From Cyanobacteria bacterium P01_A01_bin.123 (GTDB lineage: Bacteria; Cyanobacteriota; Cyanobacteriia; Phormidesmidales; Phormidesmidaceae), in assembly GCA_039815185.1 (NCBI GenBank), contig JBCBZT010000025.1, positions 1 to 64,000 on the forward strand: a stretch of DNA of 64,000 nt, in the 5' to 3' direction. Under the pieces are notes generated by a model, which saw only the letters and a program-made list of their open reading frames with translations, made no database searches and was not told the DNA's origin. Positions within the stretch are counted from its first letter, which is position 1, and every line of letters starts with the position of its first letter. Position numbers and translations under genes: made by a program. Of this stretch, positions 61,238 through 64,000 are shown in pieces.

Positions 61238-62596
61238 GTGCTTATGTCCCAAGCCATTCCCGACTACTCCCCAGATTTCCTGACCGAACAAGGCATTCGT
61301 TTTGTCCGTATCGTGTGGTGTGACAATGCTAATGTGATTCGGGCAAAAGCGATTCACGTTGATGCTTTGAACCGCGAAAGCCAAAATGGCGTTGGGCTCT
61401 CTGCTGCCCAGCAAGCCGTGCCCGTCATGATGGATGCCCCAGTTCCTGGAGGCGGCCTGGGGCCAGTGGGAGAAGTCTGGCTGGTGCCCGACTGGTCAAC
61501 GCTAGCTGTGCTGCCCTATGCTCCTGGTCACGCCCGCGTCATGGGCATGATGCAGCACCAGGGTAATCCCTGGCCCTGGTGTCCCCGGCAATTTTTACAG
61601 CGGATGGTGCAGGCAACGGCGGTGTTTGGGCTAACGGTGCAAGCGGCTTTTGAAAGCGAGTTCTATTTGCTGAAGCCAGGGGAAGCCGGGCCAATCCCCG
61701 CCGATAACACGCTGTTTTCTGCGACGGCATCCATGGATCAGCACTACGCCGTAATCAACGCCATCGCTGATGCCCTAGTGGCTCAAAACATTGCTGTTGA
61801 GCAGTATTACCCTGAATCTGGTCCCGGTCAGCAAGAGCTGTCTATTCGCTATGGTCCGGCGATGCAGGCTGCCGATCAGCACATTGCATTTCGCGAAACA
61901 GTTCGCGCCGTTGCCCGTCAGCACGGTCTGATCGCTTCCTTTGTCCCCAAACTGTTTGAACACATTGCTGGGAGTGGCTGCCACTTGCATCTGAGTTTGT
62001 GGCGAGATGACCATAATCTGATGTTTAACGATGATCCAGGCAAAGCAGGGCAGCTTTCTGATCAAGCCAGTGCCTTTGTCGCTGGGATTTTGCGTCACTT
62101 ACCAGCGCTGATGGCGATTACCACCCCCATCCCTAACTCCTACCGCCGCATTCAACCCCACTGTTGGAGCGGTGCCTTTCGCACTTGGGGCTACGACAAT
62201 CGGGAAGCGGCGGTGCGTGTACCGAGCAGTCTCAACGGCCCTAGTCCTAACCAAATTGAACTCAAAACCGTGGACAATGCAGCTAATCCCTACCTGGCCT
62301 TGGGTTGCGTCATTGCGGCTGGGCTCGATGGCCTCAAACATAGACTGCGCCTAGAGTCTCCCGTCAATATCGACCCCGGCTCAATATCTGACGCGGAACG
62401 CAGCCAACGGGGCATTAACCCATTGCCGAATGATCTCAAAGACGCGATCGCCCATTTGCGCCAAAACACACTGCTGACTCGCGCCCTGGGCAAATCGTTA
62501 ACCCAAACTTTTCTGGCTGTCCGGCAAGCTGAGTGGGAAGCCATGCATGACCTGTCTTTAGAAGCAGAAGTCAAGCTGCTATTGGAGCGATACTAG
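61238..62596 (+). CDS. glutamine synthetase-family protein (gamma-glutamyl ligase type, not the canonical GSI)
   Basis: FESEFYL, ESGPGQQE, GSGCHLHLSL, NSYRR, WGYDNREAAVRVP, ELKTVDNAANPYLA. Confidence 0.85.
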   Translation: MLMSQAIPDYSPDFLTEQGIRFVRIVWCDNANVIRAKAIHVDALNRESQNGVGLSAAQQAVPVMMDAPVPGGGLGPVGEVWLVPDWSTLAVLPYAPGHARVMGMMQHQGNPWPWCPRQFLQRMVQATAVFGLTVQAAFESEFYLLKPGEAGPIPADNTLFSATASMDQHYAVINAIADALVAQNIAVEQYYPESGPGQQELSIRYGPAMQAADQHIAFRETVRAVARQHGLIASFVPKLFEHIAGSGCHLHLSLWRDDHNLMFNDDPGKAGQLSDQASAFVAGILRHLPALMAITTPIPNSYRRIQPHCWSGAFRTWGYDNREAAVRVPSSLNGPSPNQIELKTVDNAANPYLALGCVIAAGLDGLKHRLRLESPVNIDPGSISDAERSQRGINPLPNDLKDAIAHLRQNTLLTRALGKSLTQTFLAVRQAEWEAMHDLSLEAEVKLLLERY

Positions 62597-62597
62597 A

Positions 62598-64000
62598 CTA
62601 GTTGCCCCGAGACTGAGTGATCCGAACAAAGGATGATCCCACAATGCGGGGTTGGCCCTCAGTTATCTGTACTGTGTAGGTACGCTCTTCCCGTTGCGTA
62701 CTGCCATCTGGATAAACATAAGTGTTTTGACCGATTAACTCTATGGCTTCGTCGGTTTGATTGGTAACCCGTAAATTTTCTACTGTTACCTGCTGGAACT
62801 GCCCGAAGAAGTTGGGGTCAAATTGTTGTGCTAAAGTACCACCCGTCAAAGATCGAGCCGCATCCCAAGTCTGATTTGACACGTGACTATAAAAATTCCC
62901 CACCGTTGTTTGGGCTTCTGCTGGCGTAAGCGCTACCGCTGATTCTGGCGGATCTACAGCAGCTGCATCATCAGTAGGTGGATCTGTCGGCTCAGATTCT
63001 GGCGTTGTTTCTGCTGTTGGGGGAACAACAGGTGCTGGCGTTGGCTCAGGATTTTGCGTCTCCTCTGACGGTGGTGCATTCGGTTCTGTTGGTGTGTCCG
63101 GAATGATTGCGTCTATATCGGGTTCTGGGGATGAGTCTAAGGACGACGATTCTGGGTTTGGAGTAGCGGTCTCGACCGTGGGGGTAGGCGTGCAGGCCCG
63201 CCATGTGAATAAGCCTAAAACCAGCAGCGTGCCGATGCCAATGCCAATGGGTAGAGCCAGTTTTCGAGGGGGCTGGGGGTGGCTTGAACGGGGTGCTGCA
63301 TAGGGGCTAGGCGTACGCTCGGTTACTGCTGCCTTAGCAGGACGCCGTCCCACAGCGACGGTTCGGACTGCCATAGAGGGCGATGGCTGAGGCGTATTGC
63401 CCGCTCCAGCGTGAGGGGGCAAGGCATTGTTGGGTTGAGGGTAGGCCGTTGATTCGGACTGCCCATAACTTAGGGCAGGGTTAGTGTTTGCAACGGGGGG
63501 TGTAGATTGGCTGCGGTCAGGAAATGCCGATCGGAGGGCTGCTAAAGCCTCTCCTGCAGTGGAATAGCGACTGCGGAAGTCATATCGCACCATGTAGTCT
63601 AACAACGCGATTAGGCTAGGGTGGCTGTGGGGGGCCAGGGTGTGCCAGTCAAGTTCACCCGTTTGAGGATGGGGTTGAATCATGATTGGGTGTTGGCCTG
63701 TTAGGGCCTGCACGGCAATCATGCCAGCAGCATAGACATCGCTACTAAACTGGGGGCGACCCGCGATTTGTTCATTCGGCATGTAACCCCGAGTGCCAAT
63801 CGAAATGGTTTGACTGACATTCGAGGATGATACAGAGGTTTGAGTGCTGACCTGTTTCACGGCACCAAAATCAATCAGCACAATTCGATTATCGCGGCTT
63901 CTCCGAATCAGATTAGAGGGTTTCAGGTCGCGATGAATCACACTTTGCTCGTGGACGAAGGCTAAGGTACCCAAGATGTCGTCCAAAAAGGCGACCACCT
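62598..64000 (-). CDS. membrane Ser/Thr protein kinase, 5' end outside the window
   Basis: IHRDLKPSN, LIDFGAVK, GTRGYMPNEQ; TM; Pro-rich linker; C-terminal extracellular domain. Confidence 0.92.
   Translation of the reverse strand, partial: VVAFLDDILGTLAFVHEQSVIHRDLKPSNLIRRSRDNRIVLIDFGAVKQVSTQTSVSSSNVSQTISIGTRGYMPNEQIAGRPQFSSDVYAAGMIAVQALTGQHPIMIQPHPQTGELDWHTLAPHSHPSLIALLDYMVRYDFRSRYSTAGEALAALRSAFPDRSQSTPPVANTNPALSYGQSESTAYPQPNNALPPHAGAGNTPQPSPSMAVRTVAVGRRPAKAAVTERTPSPYAAPRSSHPQPPRKLALPIGIGIGTLLVLGLFTWRACTPTPTVETATPNPESSSLDSSPEPDIDAIIPDTPTEPNAPPSEETQNPEPTPAPVVPPTAETTPESEPTDPPTDDAAAVDPPESAVALTPAEAQTTVGNFYSHVSNQTWDAARSLTGGTLAQQFDPNFFGQFQQVTVENLRVTNQTDEAIELIGQNTYVYPDGSTQREERTYTVQITEGQPRIVGSSFVRITQSRGN

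Noticed and set aside
1..64000. Frequent GCGATCGC octamers as a novel repeat
   Set aside because: This is HIP1, a well-known cyanobacterial genome signature

Overview
Chromosomal window of a cyanobacterium, as shown by abundant HIP1 GCGATCGC octamers, phycocyanin genes and a CAAD-containing ValRS; a filamentous Leptolyngbyaceae-like host is inferred. It holds about 55 CDS and no rRNA, tRNA, CRISPR array, transposase or prophage. Main blocks: an ArsR-SRPBCC-ClpR-like-cupin-GST-epimerase stress operon (9-12.9 kb); a sulfotransferase/glycosyltransferase/ABC exporter locus (12.9-17.5 kb); TetR with a Rieske oxygenase; a PhnD-like binding protein with a histidine kinase; a secreted metallopeptidase-VWD(GDPH) protein; two GT-C membrane proteins; valS-sufE-puuE; a complete chromatic-acclimation island (rcaE-rcaF-rcaC-pcyA-cpcBA-cpcC-cpcC-cpcD) with L-boxes; and a cluster of three Rieske-fusion proteins (50-57.8 kb). 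Two candidates stand out as undescribed systems. (1) An unannotated 54-aa membrane microprotein (25154-25318, minus strand) sits behind a class I glutamine (glnA-motif) riboswitch and a promoter overlapped by an NtcA box, so gifB-like control acts on a non-IF17 gene. (2) The triple-Rieske cluster encodes an FMN GltB-like enzyme, a TPP enzyme and an MsrQ-like membrane protein, followed by RidA. All family assignments come from reading motifs by eye; no database searches were run.
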